DNA of 64,000 nucleotides from Candidatus Thalassarchaeaceae archaeon (GTDB lineage Archaea > Thermoplasmatota > Poseidoniia > Poseidoniales > Thalassarchaeaceae), in the NCBI GenBank assembly GCA_045568235.1, contig JBJLBJ010000021.1, forward strand, positions 66,386-130,385, given 5' to 3'. The translations under genes were made by a program, and so were the position numbers. Below, piece by piece: positions 39,107 through 49,473 of the stretch. The notes beneath the pieces were generated by a model, which was not told the origin of the DNA, made no database searches, and was given only the letters and a program-made list of their open reading frames with translations. Each line of letters starts with the position of its first letter. Position 1 is the stretch's first letter.

Positions 39107-41557
39107 ATGTCAAATCTACTTAATAAACGCTTAGCACGTAGTCTTTGGCGCACAAAAACTCGCCTCGTTGCTGTTATATTGATGGTGTTTGTCGGTGTTT
39201 TTGCAGGAATTACTTTCGGAGGTTATGCACACAATCTTGGCAATATGTATGATGCTATGCAAGCTGATGATGATGATGGTGCCAATCTTGCGGATCTTTG
39301 GATTGATAATCGTAGTACAATTTGGACTCCAGACCAGGTTAGAAGTTTCTGTGACTCCTTAGCCTATAATTGGGATTTAAACACCGTAACCACGTTCTCT
39401 CTTGATTCATGTGAAGGAAGGACCATTACTCAAGGAGCGATGTTTTACGGAGAGGAAGATGGTGAACGTGTCATTAATTCTCTGTGGCATGGAATCCCTG
39501 CTGATGCCAATACCGATAGAGTATGGATGCCTAAAGGAAATTCAGAAGGTCGTACTGCGGTTGCAGCTGATGAAATTGTCATAGATGCTCATGTAACTGA
39601 AGCCCTCAACCTCAGTATTGGAGATGTTGTAAGTATTGGAGCAGGAAATGTAACTGTAGAATTTACCCTTGTCGGAATTGGTTACCATCCATTGCATGTG
39701 CTTATGGCTCCTGAAGGTTCATTGTTTCCTCCTGAATCTGGCGAATATGTCGTTGGTTATCTTTCTGATATTGGAATGTCGAGACTTACTGGTAATGCGA
39801 TAGGCACTAGTAATACGATTGTCTTGGATGTTGAAAGAACACCTTCGTATGATTTACCCGATACTGAAAAATATGAAGGTATAGAAATTGATTCTGTGAA
39901 GATGATTGTTGAAGCTACTCTCAATGATACCGAATTGGATGCACGAATTCGGGATCGGGGGCAAAATGAACCGGTTGAAATCATGCGACAAGATTTGGCT
40001 GGTGCCGAACGGGCAACACTTCCCTTTACCGTAATGATTGCCTCAATTGCAGCTATCACTATTGTTTTGAGTCTGCAGCGTCTAGTACAAAGTCAGGCCA
40101 AAGAAATCGCAGTATTACGTACTCTTGGAGTCAGACGTTCATCACTTATGGTTGGCTATCTCATTGCCCCTTTGGTAATTGGAGGGGTCGGATGTGCTTT
40201 AGGTGCATCAGCTGGACCTTGGGGGATGAACGAAATGTTAGATTTCTATGAAGAACTTGTGGGCTTACCAATTGTTGAAAGAACAGTGCCACCTTCGATA
40301 TATCTTTCAGTCATAATTTTAACCATGTTAGTCGTTTTTATTTCTGGAGCATTTCCAGCGGTTAAGGCTAGTCGCCTTGAACCATTAAAAGTGTTAAGTG
40401 GGCAAAGTGAAATGCGTATTGGTTCTAACAATCTCCGTAAACTCACTTCATGGATGCCAACAACGCTCGGTCTTTCAATTAGATCCAGTGTTCGTAAACC
40501 CATTCGGCTAACAATGACATTTGTCGCAGTCGGAATTTCTCTGATGCTTTTTGGGTCAATTCAAATGATGTCTGCAGGAATGGAAGATAGTTTTCTTGGT
40601 GGACTTGAGGAAAATCAGGATTGGGATGTCCAAGTTTACATTATGCCAGATGCTGAAGCCCCTGTGTTGGATTGGGCAGAAAATAACTTGGCTGATTACG
40701 AAATTATTATCGAAATGCCTCTTGGTTTAGTTACTGATTCTGAAGATATTGATCGGAGTTTTAATCTTGTAGGTCTTGATTCTTTTCAAAGTGGGATGCG
40801 GCCAATCTCATTTAGTGAAGGAAAGATACCAAATGCTAACGGGGCGTTGCCGCAAGTAATGATGGATGAAGGAAGTATGGAATTTCTTGAATGGGACGTT
40901 GGAGAAAAACATACTGTAAAAATTAATGGTGCACCACAAGATATTGAAATTGTTGGTATTTCAACTGCTGAGCTTGCTCGAACAATGTATTTTCTACGTG
41001 AAGATTTGAGCGACATTGTTGGAGTCAATGCAACTTCTATTTACCTACAACTACCGGAAGGAGCGAGAGTTGATTCCAATTTAGGAGAGATATCGACCGG
41101 CATCGTAGAACGGCAAACTCTTCTCGATGGCATTAATGATTTACTTGATCAACAAACTACAATCTTCCAAAGCATGATGTATCTTGGCCTTCTGTTCACT
41201 GTAGTAGTAATGTTCAATACGATGATAATGAATGTTGCAGAACGTGATTTTGAACTGGCTACATTGCGAGTATTAGGAGCTTCTACGAAGAGTCTTGGTC
41301 TGATGCTTCTCTTTGAGAGTCTTTTAATTGGTATCATCGGAGGCATAGTTGGTGTCCTATTTGCCTATGGTGGAGCAATAGGCTTAGCTGCTTCATTTTC
41401 ATCTTGGCAATTTATAATACCTGTCACCATTGTTCCGAGTGTTGCTTGGCAGTTGATGGCAGGCGTAGTCCTTATCGCAGTAGTAATGACTCCAGTTGGA
41501 GTTTGGAGATTAAGACGAATGGATTTAGTAGAGAAAGTGAAAGACTTATCTCAATGA
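39107..41557 (+). CDS. ABC transporter permease with two FtsX-type domains (MacB/YbbP-like)
   Basis: 816 aa with two TM-ECD-3TM modules. 'EIAVLRTLGVRRSSL' and 'ELATLRVLGASTKSL' are FtsX cytoplasmic-loop signatures. Confidence 0.8.
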   Translation: MSNLLNKRLARSLWRTKTRLVAVILMVFVGVFAGITFGGYAHNLGNMYDAMQADDDDGANLADLWIDNRSTIWTPDQVRSFCDSLAYNWDLNTVTTFSLDSCEGRTITQGAMFYGEEDGERVINSLWHGIPADANTDRVWMPKGNSEGRTAVAADEIVIDAHVTEALNLSIGDVVSIGAGNVTVEFTLVGIGYHPLHVLMAPEGSLFPPESGEYVVGYLSDIGMSRLTGNAIGTSNTIVLDVERTPSYDLPDTEKYEGIEIDSVKMIVEATLNDTELDARIRDRGQNEPVEIMRQDLAGAERATLPFTVMIASIAAITIVLSLQRLVQSQAKEIAVLRTLGVRRSSLMVGYLIAPLVIGGVGCALGASAGPWGMNEMLDFYEELVGLPIVERTVPPSIYLSVIILTMLVVFISGAFPAVKASRLEPLKVLSGQSEMRIGSNNLRKLTSWMPTTLGLSIRSSVRKPIRLTMTFVAVGISLMLFGSIQMMSAGMEDSFLGGLEENQDWDVQVYIMPDAEAPVLDWAENNLADYEIIIEMPLGLVTDSEDIDRSFNLVGLDSFQSGMRPISFSEGKIPNANGALPQVMMDEGSMEFLEWDVGEKHTVKINGAPQDIEIVGISTAELARTMYFLREDLSDIVGVNATSIYLQLPEGARVDSNLGEISTGIVERQTLLDGINDLLDQQTTIFQSMMYLGLLFTVVVMFNTMIMNVAERDFELATLRVLGASTKSLGLMLLFESLLIGIIGGIVGVLFAYGGAIGLAASFSSWQFIIPVTIVPSVAWQLMAGVVLIAVVMTPVGVWRLRRMDLVEKVKDLSQ

Positions 41558-41567
41558 GGCAGATATC

Positions 41568-42356
41568 ATGCGGATTGTAACATGGAATCTGAATGGCATT
41601 AGAGCCGCACATCGTAAAGGACTATATGATTTTATGAATAAAATTAATAGTGATGTTTGGCTATTTCAAGAAGTTAGGGCTTTACCTGAACAGATGCCTA
41701 AAGATTGGCTCCCAATAGATGGTCATGAGATTATTTGGCATCCTGCTCAAAAAAAGGGTTACTCAGGTGTCTCAACTTGGTCAAGAGTAGGGATTGCAGA
41801 AGAGGGACGTGGTATTTCTACTAATATTGACATCGACGACTCTGAAGGGAGAGTGCTTCATACAAAACATGGCAAATTGCATTGTATAAACATATATTTG
41901 CCAAATGGAGGGGCGAATATTGAGAGGCAAGAGTTCAAAGATCAATGGCTAGAAGATTTATTGATATGGGCAAGAAAATTTACATCAATAGATGAGCCAG
42001 TAATTTTGTGTGGAGATTTAAATATCGCCCATACTGAAAACGATATATGGAATCCATCAGGAAATAAGAATACATCTGGTTTCTTGAAACATGAAAGAGA
42101 ATGGTTTAGTAGATTTTTATCATCTGGGTGGCATGATTTGTTAAGAATAGAATATGGAGATATGAAAGGGCCGTATTCATGGTGGTCTAATAGAGGGCAA
42201 GCCAGAGCGCTAAATAGAGGATGGAGGATAGACTATGTCCTTGCAAATGATGCCGCATTGAATATTTTTGAAAAAATAAGTGTACTCAGAGAAGGAGGTT
42301 TGGTCGTTTCTGATCATGCTCCTTTAATTGTTGATTTATCCATCAAAAGGCATTAA
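41568..42356 (+). CDS. xth: Exodeoxyribonuclease III (AP endonuclease)
   Basis: 'MRIVTWNLNGIRA', 'LFQEVR', 'CGDLNIAH', 'WRIDYVL', 'SDHAPL'. Confidence 0.85.
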   Translation: MRIVTWNLNGIRAAHRKGLYDFMNKINSDVWLFQEVRALPEQMPKDWLPIDGHEIIWHPAQKKGYSGVSTWSRVGIAEEGRGISTNIDIDDSEGRVLHTKHGKLHCINIYLPNGGANIERQEFKDQWLEDLLIWARKFTSIDEPVILCGDLNIAHTENDIWNPSGNKNTSGFLKHEREWFSRFLSSGWHDLLRIEYGDMKGPYSWWSNRGQARALNRGWRIDYVLANDAALNIFEKISVLREGGLVVSDHAPLIVDLSIKRH

Positions 42357-42414
42357 TGTGTTGAAAAAAAATTAATCATAAAAACGATACTTTTCAAGAA
42401 GGGAGTTCTTAGCC

Positions 42415-43218
42415 GTGTATATGTCCGAAGGTCTCGAAAGCCGTCTTGATAGAATTTTACCCGGAGGAAAGGGTGTTTGGATTCCCCTAGATCATGGAAT
42501 TTCACAGTATCCAGAAGAAGGTTTGGAGAATATGGATAAAATAATTGAACAACTAATTGATTCTCAAGTAGATGCTATAGTAATCCATAAAGGTGTTTTG
42601 AGTCATCAGAAGAAAATTAGAGATTGGAGGAACTTTATGTGTCATGTTTCTGCATCAACTGTACATGGAGGAAATAGATCAGGAGAAAAAGTAAGTATCG
42701 CCACAGCAGAAGAGTGTTTGGATAGAGGAGCAATTGGAGTTTCCGGACAAATAAATATGGGAGAAGATAATGAAGCAGAAATGATAATCGAAATGGGGGA
42801 CCTCACAACAGATGCATGGGCATTAGAGATTCCTGTACTTGGGATGATATATCCTCGAGGAGAAAATCTCATTATTTCAGAAGATGATGAAACAAATGGC
42901 ATAGCACATGCAGCTAGATTGGCATGGGAAATAGGATGTAATGTAGTTAAAGTTCCTTGGACAGGTTCAGTTGAGAGTTTTCATAAGGTTACTAGATCCG
43001 TACCAATTCCAGTACTTATTGCCGGAGGGCCAAAGAATATTTCTTTCAATGAACTACTAGTAATTGTTGAGCAGTCAATTCAAGCAGGAGGGAGTGGCGT
43101 ATGTATTGGGAGACAAGTGTTTGGCTGTAAAAATCCAGGTTCTAATGTTAGGGCTCTTCGTGCAATAGTGCATGAAGGAATGACTGCAACAGAGGCAAGT
43201 AAATTATTAGAGGAATAG
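42415..43218 (+). CDS. aroA': 2-amino-3,7-dideoxy-D-threo-hept-6-ulosonate (ADH) synthase, class I aldolase family (archaeal AroA')
   Basis: 'IPLDHG', 'MIYPRG', 'IAHAARLAWEIGCNVVKV', 'AGGPK', 'GRQVF' align with the M. jannaschii ADH synthase as I remember it. Adjacent to DHQ synthase II. Confidence 0.75.
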   Translation: MYMSEGLESRLDRILPGGKGVWIPLDHGISQYPEEGLENMDKIIEQLIDSQVDAIVIHKGVLSHQKKIRDWRNFMCHVSASTVHGGNRSGEKVSIATAEECLDRGAIGVSGQINMGEDNEAEMIIEMGDLTTDAWALEIPVLGMIYPRGENLIISEDDETNGIAHAARLAWEIGCNVVKVPWTGSVESFHKVTRSVPIPVLIAGGPKNISFNELLVIVEQSIQAGGSGVCIGRQVFGCKNPGSNVRALRAIVHEGMTATEASKLLEE

Positions 43219-43220
43219 AA

Positions 43221-44165
43221 ATGGAACTGTGGCTAGATTGTTCTAATGAATATTCTGAAAAAATTTCTATTTACGCCGACAGGATTTGGAAAGGTGATTT
43301 GCCTGATGTTGCAGAAATTTATCTAGAAGATGAGAGAAGCCAAGATGAGGCTTGTTCGATGATTGGCTTATCTCCCTGGATATTAGTTAGATGTAAAAAT
43401 TGGAAAATGATTCCATTAGAAAATTTGATATCAAAATCTTTAGGAACTGGTACGAAGATAGCAGTTTCTACAGATGAAAAGATTGAGATTGAAGGAGCTG
43501 CATACGCACTTGAGCATGGAGTAGACGCATTACTATTGCCTATCGATGAAGAAATTTGGAGTGAAGCATTAAAGATAAGAGAGAATAAATCAATTGGCAA
43601 TCGCAAAAAGAAAAATGATGTAAGTAGACTGAATGTAGCTAATGTAACCTCTATTCAATCGGGGGGTTTTGGAGAAAGAGTTTGTATAGATCTAATTGAG
43701 AGATTGGAGGAAGGAGAGGGAATAATGGTTGGCTCGACATCGAATGCATTATGCCTTGTCCATGGAGAGACCTTAGAATCTGAATTTGTTCCTTCTAGAC
43801 CTTTTAGAGTAAATGTAGGCGCAATACACTCTTACATACTGATGAAGGGAAATGAGACAAAATACCTTAGTGAGTTAATTTCGGGTGAAAAAGTAAAAAT
43901 TATCAATCATGATGGAAATGAAAGATATGCTTCAATAGGTAGAATAAAGATTGAAAGACGTCCTTTTTTGAAAATTTCCTATAGCAATGAACAAATAAAC
44001 GGCCAAATAATTCTCCAACATGCAGAAACTGTAAGATTACTAGACAACTTAGGCAGAGCAGTATCAGTAACTAATATCAAAATAGGAGATAAAATTTTAG
44101 TTATGCAGGACTCAAGAATGAGGCATATTGGTAATGCTATTGAAGGAGAGATGAGAGAAATATGA
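43221..44165 (+). CDS. aroB': 3-dehydroquinate synthase II (archaeal AroB')
   Basis: Size and position between aroA' and archaeal shikimate kinase. The motif evidence is weaker and the call is mostly by synteny. Confidence 0.6.
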   Translation: MELWLDCSNEYSEKISIYADRIWKGDLPDVAEIYLEDERSQDEACSMIGLSPWILVRCKNWKMIPLENLISKSLGTGTKIAVSTDEKIEIEGAAYALEHGVDALLLPIDEEIWSEALKIRENKSIGNRKKKNDVSRLNVANVTSIQSGGFGERVCIDLIERLEEGEGIMVGSTSNALCLVHGETLESEFVPSRPFRVNVGAIHSYILMKGNETKYLSELISGEKVKIINHDGNERYASIGRIKIERRPFLKISYSNEQINGQIILQHAETVRLLDNLGRAVSVTNIKIGDKILVMQDSRMRHIGNAIEGEMREI

Positions 44166-45013
44166 ACATCCTAGGAGAAGGAGAGGCAAGAGGTGGAGTT
44201 TCTATATTACATGCCCTTGGAACAGGAAAGGGATGTTCTGTAGGAGTAAATTTACTGACAAAAGTGAAATTAGTTGATAAAAAATCTGAAAATTTGCAAG
44301 ATAAACATAAACTTCTAGATTCAGTGATAAAATGCTGGAAAGCAGAAGGTTTTCCTCTTCCTAAAGAATATGGATGGGATATCTTCAGTGAAGTGCCGAT
44401 AGGACAAGGGCTAAAATCAAGTTCGGCTTTAGCATGTGCTGCAATTAAATCTCTTAACTCTGCATCTTGGATGAATTTAAATAATTTTGAAATTATTGAT
44501 TTGGCAGTTAAGGCTCAAAAAGGAGCAGGTTGCACTATTACTGGTAGTATTGATGACACATGGTGTGCAATGGCAGAAGGTTGGAAATTAATTGATTCAG
44601 CCAAGAATGCTTCTGAATCAGTACTATCTGAAGGAGAGATAGAAAATTCTTTGTGTGTACTAATTGCAATTAGAGAAAATAGGAAAAAGGACATAAATGT
44701 AGAATCTTTTACAGAATATAATACTCTATTTGATAAAGCATTAAAATCTATCGAAAGGAGAGAAATTTTTGAAGCACTGACTACTAATGGAATGGGCGTT
44801 GCTGCAGCAAATGACGACAATGAAGCAATAAAAATATGCAATCTATCTATGATTAACGGTGCAATAGCTGCAGGGATAACTGGCTCTGGACCGGCAATTT
44901 GTATAATCTGTTATGAAAAGGAAGTTGAAATTTTATCTGATATAATAAAAAAATATGATATGGATTTGATAAGAACTACATTTTACAGTTTTTCAAATGA
45001 GGAGGAAGTATGA
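44162..45013 (+). CDS. aroK: Archaeal GHMP-type shikimate kinase
   Basis: 'GGVSILHALGTGKGCSVGVNL', GHMP motif 'PIGQGLKSSSALACA', 'GITGSGPA'. 4-nt overlaps with both neighbours. Confidence 0.7.
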   Translation: MNILGEGEARGGVSILHALGTGKGCSVGVNLLTKVKLVDKKSENLQDKHKLLDSVIKCWKAEGFPLPKEYGWDIFSEVPIGQGLKSSSALACAAIKSLNSASWMNLNNFEIIDLAVKAQKGAGCTITGSIDDTWCAMAEGWKLIDSAKNASESVLSEGEIENSLCVLIAIRENRKKDINVESFTEYNTLFDKALKSIERREIFEALTTNGMGVAAANDDNEAIKICNLSMINGAIAAGITGSGPAICIICYEKEVEILSDIIKKYDMDLIRTTFYSFSNEEEV

Positions 45014-46113
45014 TGGGAATGGGACTTGGGGAAAAATTACGAATTACTTTATTCGGAGAAAGTCATGGAAAATGTGTGGGTGTACTAATAGAAGGTATGC
45101 CTCCAGGAACTAAAATTGATAATGAAAAGTTGGCAAACGATATTAAAAATAGGAGACCAGGGAGAAAAGGATTGTCAACTAGAAAGGAATTGGATGAATG
45201 TGAAATATTATCTGGAGTACATGAAGGTTTAGCAACTGGATGGCCTATATTACTACTTACAAAAAATTCAGATGTAAGGTCATCTGATTATTCATTTTTA
45301 CCAGATCAGCCTAGACCAGGACATGCAGATATGGTCGAATATGTACGCTCAGGAGGTGCTAATGACCCAAGAGGAGGGGGTTCACAATCTGCACGACTGA
45401 CATTTGGAATTGTCGCTGCTGGAAGTCAAGTGAGAAATATGTTAGAAAATGTGGGTTGGAAATGTGAAGCACATTTACTAAGAGTTGGAGAAATTTCTGC
45501 AAAACAATTATTCCAATTGAATAATGAAAATTTTCTAGATCGAACTAATAATATGGAAAAATTGAATTGTAAAGATAAAAAAGCAGCAGAAAAAATGTCA
45601 GATTATTTAGAAGAAATAAGAATGAGTAAAGATACAATTGGTTCTGTAGTTGAATTACTGATTGAAGGGTTGCCAATTGGAGTAGGAGAACCTTGGTTTG
45701 ATGGTTTGGAACCATCATTGGCACGTGGTTTGATGGCGATACCAGGGGCAAGGGCAGTGGAATTCTCTCACGGAGTAAATTCATCCTTAATGCGTGGTTC
45801 AGAGCATAATGATGAATGGATAAGTAGTGAAGAAAAACCCACTCTAAGAGATTCAGAAAAAGGCCTAGTTGATGGTTCTTTAGGAGGTCGATCGACAGGA
45901 GCCCCTATTAGTGTCAAAATTCATTTTAAGCCACCAAGTAGTATTCCCAAGGAACAATTTACTTTACACCTCCCTAGTAATGAAGTTCGATCTTTGAAAG
46001 TTGGTGGAAGACATGATCCAGTTTTAGGCCCAAGGGCAGTTCCTGTAGTAGAGGCAGTTGCAATGTTAATAATCGCTGATTTAGGAATTATTGGAGAATA
46101 CATTAGCCCATAA
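45010..46113 (+). CDS. aroC: Chorismate synthase
   Basis: 'LRITLFGESHGKCVGVLIEGMPPG', 'RPGHAD', 'GGRHDP'. Confidence 0.9.
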   Translation: MMGMGLGEKLRITLFGESHGKCVGVLIEGMPPGTKIDNEKLANDIKNRRPGRKGLSTRKELDECEILSGVHEGLATGWPILLLTKNSDVRSSDYSFLPDQPRPGHADMVEYVRSGGANDPRGGGSQSARLTFGIVAAGSQVRNMLENVGWKCEAHLLRVGEISAKQLFQLNNENFLDRTNNMEKLNCKDKKAAEKMSDYLEEIRMSKDTIGSVVELLIEGLPIGVGEPWFDGLEPSLARGLMAIPGARAVEFSHGVNSSLMRGSEHNDEWISSEEKPTLRDSEKGLVDGSLGGRSTGAPISVKIHFKPPSSIPKEQFTLHLPSNEVRSLKVGGRHDPVLGPRAVPVVEAVAMLIIADLGIIGEYISP

Positions 46114-47049
46114 TTAATTAGTTTTTTTATCTCTAAATTGTTGTATCCTAAGTGGTAAATTGACGGCAAAAGATCCTGCAATTATCATAAAAATAACCAT
46201 TGTACCTAAAGCAACACCGTAGACACTAGTTAATTCAACGCTTTCTCGAAGTCTGTTGGCCGAAACAGGATCTATAATTCCAATCATTGCAGGAATTATA
46301 CGATTAATGAATAAAGTAAGTAGAGCGACGATACCGGCTATTGAAGGAGCAATTAGCAAAGATTTATGATAACGAGAAGTAATTTTCTGTATGCCCATTA
46401 CGTATACTTCTCCAGTTCTTATTGATGTATCAAGCATAGAAAATCTAATTATTCCACTAGAAAGTTCAATAAACATAACCAAAAATATTGCATACAAAAT
46501 AAGTAGGAATTTTTGAGCTATTTCACCTTCTGGAAGGAAACTGAGACCGAATTCTACTTTGCTTCCTGCAAATCTTATTGTTACGATTATTAGCATACAA
46601 TAAGAAATCAATAGTGCTCTTTGATCTCTTTGAAAAACACCATACATTCCACCAATTAGTCCTATTCCAATTATTATGAAGTGCAATAGACCTCCAACAA
46701 ATCCTAATCCGATCATATTAGAAATTGCAAACCATGCTGTTCCCGTAACTGGAGTTATCATGAAGGTTAGGAAGCACAATAAAACCAATGTAATTGATGA
46801 AGATAATTGTAATGAAGTTACCATTCTATCTGGAGGGAGAAATTTCATTGAGCTTATCACTGGCCCTCCAAAGATTGATTCCACCCAACCAGGAACATGA
46901 ACCTCGGGAATGGCATCGATAGGAATTTCGGTGTTCTGTTTTTGACGGCCGGCAGCAGCCTTCCTACTTGGAGCTGAAGAACGAAGTGCGGTGCTATCAT
47001 ACAGATGTGCAGTATCACTAGTTTGAGTTTTATTTTCTTCGGCCATCAA
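46114..47049 (-). CDS. Polytopic membrane protein, last gene of the MoxR/DUF58 cluster
   Basis: 311 aa with about seven hydrophobic segments after a basic/Ala-rich N-terminus. 6 nt downstream of the DUF58 gene. Confidence 0.5.
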   Translation of the reverse strand: MMAEENKTQTSDTAHLYDSTALRSSAPSRKAAAGRQKQNTEIPIDAIPEVHVPGWVESIFGGPVISSMKFLPPDRMVTSLQLSSSITLVLLCFLTFMITPVTGTAWFAISNMIGLGFVGGLLHFIIIGIGLIGGMYGVFQRDQRALLISYCMLIIVTIRFAGSKVEFGLSFLPEGEIAQKFLLILYAIFLVMFIELSSGIIRFSMLDTSIRTGEVYVMGIQKITSRYHKSLLIAPSIAGIVALLTLFINRIIPAMIGIIDPVSANRLRESVELTSVYGVALGTMVIFMIIAGSFAVNLPLRIQQFRDKKTN

Positions 47050-47055
47050 ATCCCC

Positions 47056-48375
47056 TCAAAATCCTCTAGCCCCGGTAAGGGCAGTATTTAGCATCATATC
47101 TGGTTCCCAATCCATTACATATGCGCCCAATCCTCTTAACTCTGCCATCAAAATATCTCTTTCAGTCTTTAATACTTCATATCCAGTCCTATCCAGTCTC
47201 CTAGCATCAAATTCAAATTCTAAGCTACTAGGAGATAGTACTGTAACTTCAAAATTCCTTGATCTTAAATCTCTGACTGCATCAACTATAGTTGGATCTT
47301 CTTCAAGAGGAGATAGTAATATGACTGGACTACCTCTATTAATATGGGGCATTATTCGATTAGTGACGATCTTCAATGGAGTATTGCCTTTTGCCATTGA
47401 ACCCGCTAATTTAGTCAATAAAACATACAATTGTTTCTTACCGGTATCTCTATCTACAGAAGTTATTTCGTCTCCATATAATACTAAACCAACAGAATCT
47501 CTTCTGGATAAGAAGTATTGTGAAAGACTGGCTGCTGCCCTTGTACTATAAACCAAAGAATTCCTACTAACGGGCCCTGTTTCGCTTATCTTCCTACTAT
47601 CAACTATTATTATGATATCACTAACAGCATCCTTCTCAAATTCATTTACCATCATTTTGCCATCTTGTCTAGCAGTAGCCTTCCAATTTACTTTCTTCAT
47701 TGGATCTCCTGGAATATATTCTCTTAAGTTATAAAAATTTGAACCTTCTCCAGGATTCCTAATATTAACTGCACCAGTGAAAATCTTCGGAACTCTGCTC
47801 TTTATCATGGCATCTTTAATATCTTCCATTTTAGGAAAAACAAGGAAATCTTCATACAAATGTATTTCCTTTTCATTGTGAAATAATCCAAAAGCATCCT
47901 GTACCCTTACACATACAGGTCCAATCGTATAAAAACCCCTTAGCGGAGTTTCTATAGTATACGAAATTTCAGTTTCTCTTTGTGGACCTAATTCCATCAA
48001 TACATAATTAGCCCCCTTCTTTATTCTCATTACTTCCGGCACTCGATCTCGAACTTCCAAAACTTTAGAGGTATTTGACCTATTTTGAAGCCTTAAAGAT
48101 ACATCTATTTCACCATCTTCAAAAATTCTTGAAGAAGAAACTTTACGCATGGCCAAGATATTTTGTAATTCTACTCCTTCATCATTTTGTGCATCTTCTA
48201 TTCTTCTACCAGATGATGAAACATCTGCATGACTGGTGCGAAATGCCGCCCACGTCAAGAAAGAAAGTAAAACTACTGCAACAGTAACTAATTGTTGATT
48301 TCTCAATACTAAACCTAGGAGATATAGAGCCACCGCTAAAGATGCGAACATCGCGGATTTTCTACTCCATGCCAT
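47056..48375 (-). CDS. DUF58 family protein (vWA-like), MoxR partner
   Basis: Two N-terminal TMs and 'FYNLREYIPGDPMKKVNWKATAR', the DUF58 signature. Confidence 0.75.
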   Translation of the reverse strand: MAWSRKSAMFASLAVALYLLGLVLRNQQLVTVAVVLLSFLTWAAFRTSHADVSSSGRRIEDAQNDEGVELQNILAMRKVSSSRIFEDGEIDVSLRLQNRSNTSKVLEVRDRVPEVMRIKKGANYVLMELGPQRETEISYTIETPLRGFYTIGPVCVRVQDAFGLFHNEKEIHLYEDFLVFPKMEDIKDAMIKSRVPKIFTGAVNIRNPGEGSNFYNLREYIPGDPMKKVNWKATARQDGKMMVNEFEKDAVSDIIIIVDSRKISETGPVSRNSLVYSTRAAASLSQYFLSRRDSVGLVLYGDEITSVDRDTGKKQLYVLLTKLAGSMAKGNTPLKIVTNRIMPHINRGSPVILLSPLEEDPTIVDAVRDLRSRNFEVTVLSPSSLEFEFDARRLDRTGYEVLKTERDILMAELRGLGAYVMDWEPDMMLNTALTGARGF

Positions 48376-48399
48376 AATCCCACTAACTCCGTAGAATAT

Positions 48400-49455
48400 T
48401 CAAACAGTTGGAACTGGAACAGTTCTCAAAATTTCTTTGATTATGTCTTCAGTATTTACTCCCTTTATTTGATGTTCTGGTTTGAGTATTAAACGATGTG
48501 CTACTGCTAAATTGGCTATTGATTTTACATCATCAGGAGTTACAAAATCACGCCCTCTCATTGCAGCAGCAGCACGACTAGTTTTCAGCAAAGCTTGTGA
48601 ACCACGGGGCGATGAACCGACTAATACTTGATTATGTTCACGAGTTTGCGTAACTATTTCGACCATGTACATTCTAACTGCTGGATCTACATATACATCT
48701 TCTATTGCTTGCTGCATTGCAACTACGCGCGCTGGATCTGTAATGGTTTCGACTTCAACCGCGTCTTTCTTTCTTGCAATACGTCGTGCTAATATTTCAT
48801 CTTCATCAGAACGGCTAGGATAACCAACACTCATTTTGAACATAAATCTGTCAAGTTGAGCCTCGGGCAATGGGTAAGTACCTTCTTGTTCGACTGGATT
48901 CTGTGTAGCCATTGTCAAGAATGGTGCTGGCAATTTATGAGTTACCGTACCAATAGTTACCTGCTTCTCTTGCATGGCTTCTAAAAGGGCTGCTTGAGTC
49001 TTTGGAGGGGCTCTATTAATCTCATCAGACAAAAGGAGATTACAAAATATAGGCCCTGGTTTAAATGTAAATTCACCCTTTTTAGCATCATAGATATTTG
49101 TTCCTGTAATATCTGCAGGTAGTAAATCTGGAGTAAATTGTACTCTCTTGAAATCACAACCTAGTGCATCAGCGAATGTATTAGTCATTAGAGTCTTGGC
49201 AAGACCGGGATAATCCTCAAAGAGAAGATTTCCATTGGATAGGATATTAACCAATACGTTATCGATAACATGTGATTTTCCAATAATTACTTTCTGTACT
49301 TCTGAACCAATTGCTTGAGCTATTGCTCCAACTGCTGTTAACTTTTCATTTGTTTTCGATGACCCGCGGGCTTCTGCTGCCTTCTTTGCATAAGCAGCAT
49401 CTGTGGCATTTGAGGGCGGTGCTGGCGGTGCATCTGCTGGTGGTGTTGCATTCAT
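48400..49455 (-). CDS. MoxR-family AAA+ ATPase
   Basis: 'LFEDYPGLAKT', 'LLSDEINRAPPKTQAALLEAMQE', 'FLTMATQNPVEQEGTYPLPEAQLDRF'. Confidence 0.9.
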   Translation of the reverse strand: MNATPPADAPPAPPSNATDAAYAKKAAEARGSSKTNEKLTAVGAIAQAIGSEVQKVIIGKSHVIDNVLVNILSNGNLLFEDYPGLAKTLMTNTFADALGCDFKRVQFTPDLLPADITGTNIYDAKKGEFTFKPGPIFCNLLLSDEINRAPPKTQAALLEAMQEKQVTIGTVTHKLPAPFLTMATQNPVEQEGTYPLPEAQLDRFMFKMSVGYPSRSDEDEILARRIARKKDAVEVETITDPARVVAMQQAIEDVYVDPAVRMYMVEIVTQTREHNQVLVGSSPRGSQALLKTSRAAAAMRGRDFVTPDDVKSIANLAVAHRLILKPEHQIKGVNTEDIIKEILRTVPVPTV

Positions 49456-49473
49456 ATTTATATCTCCATTTCA

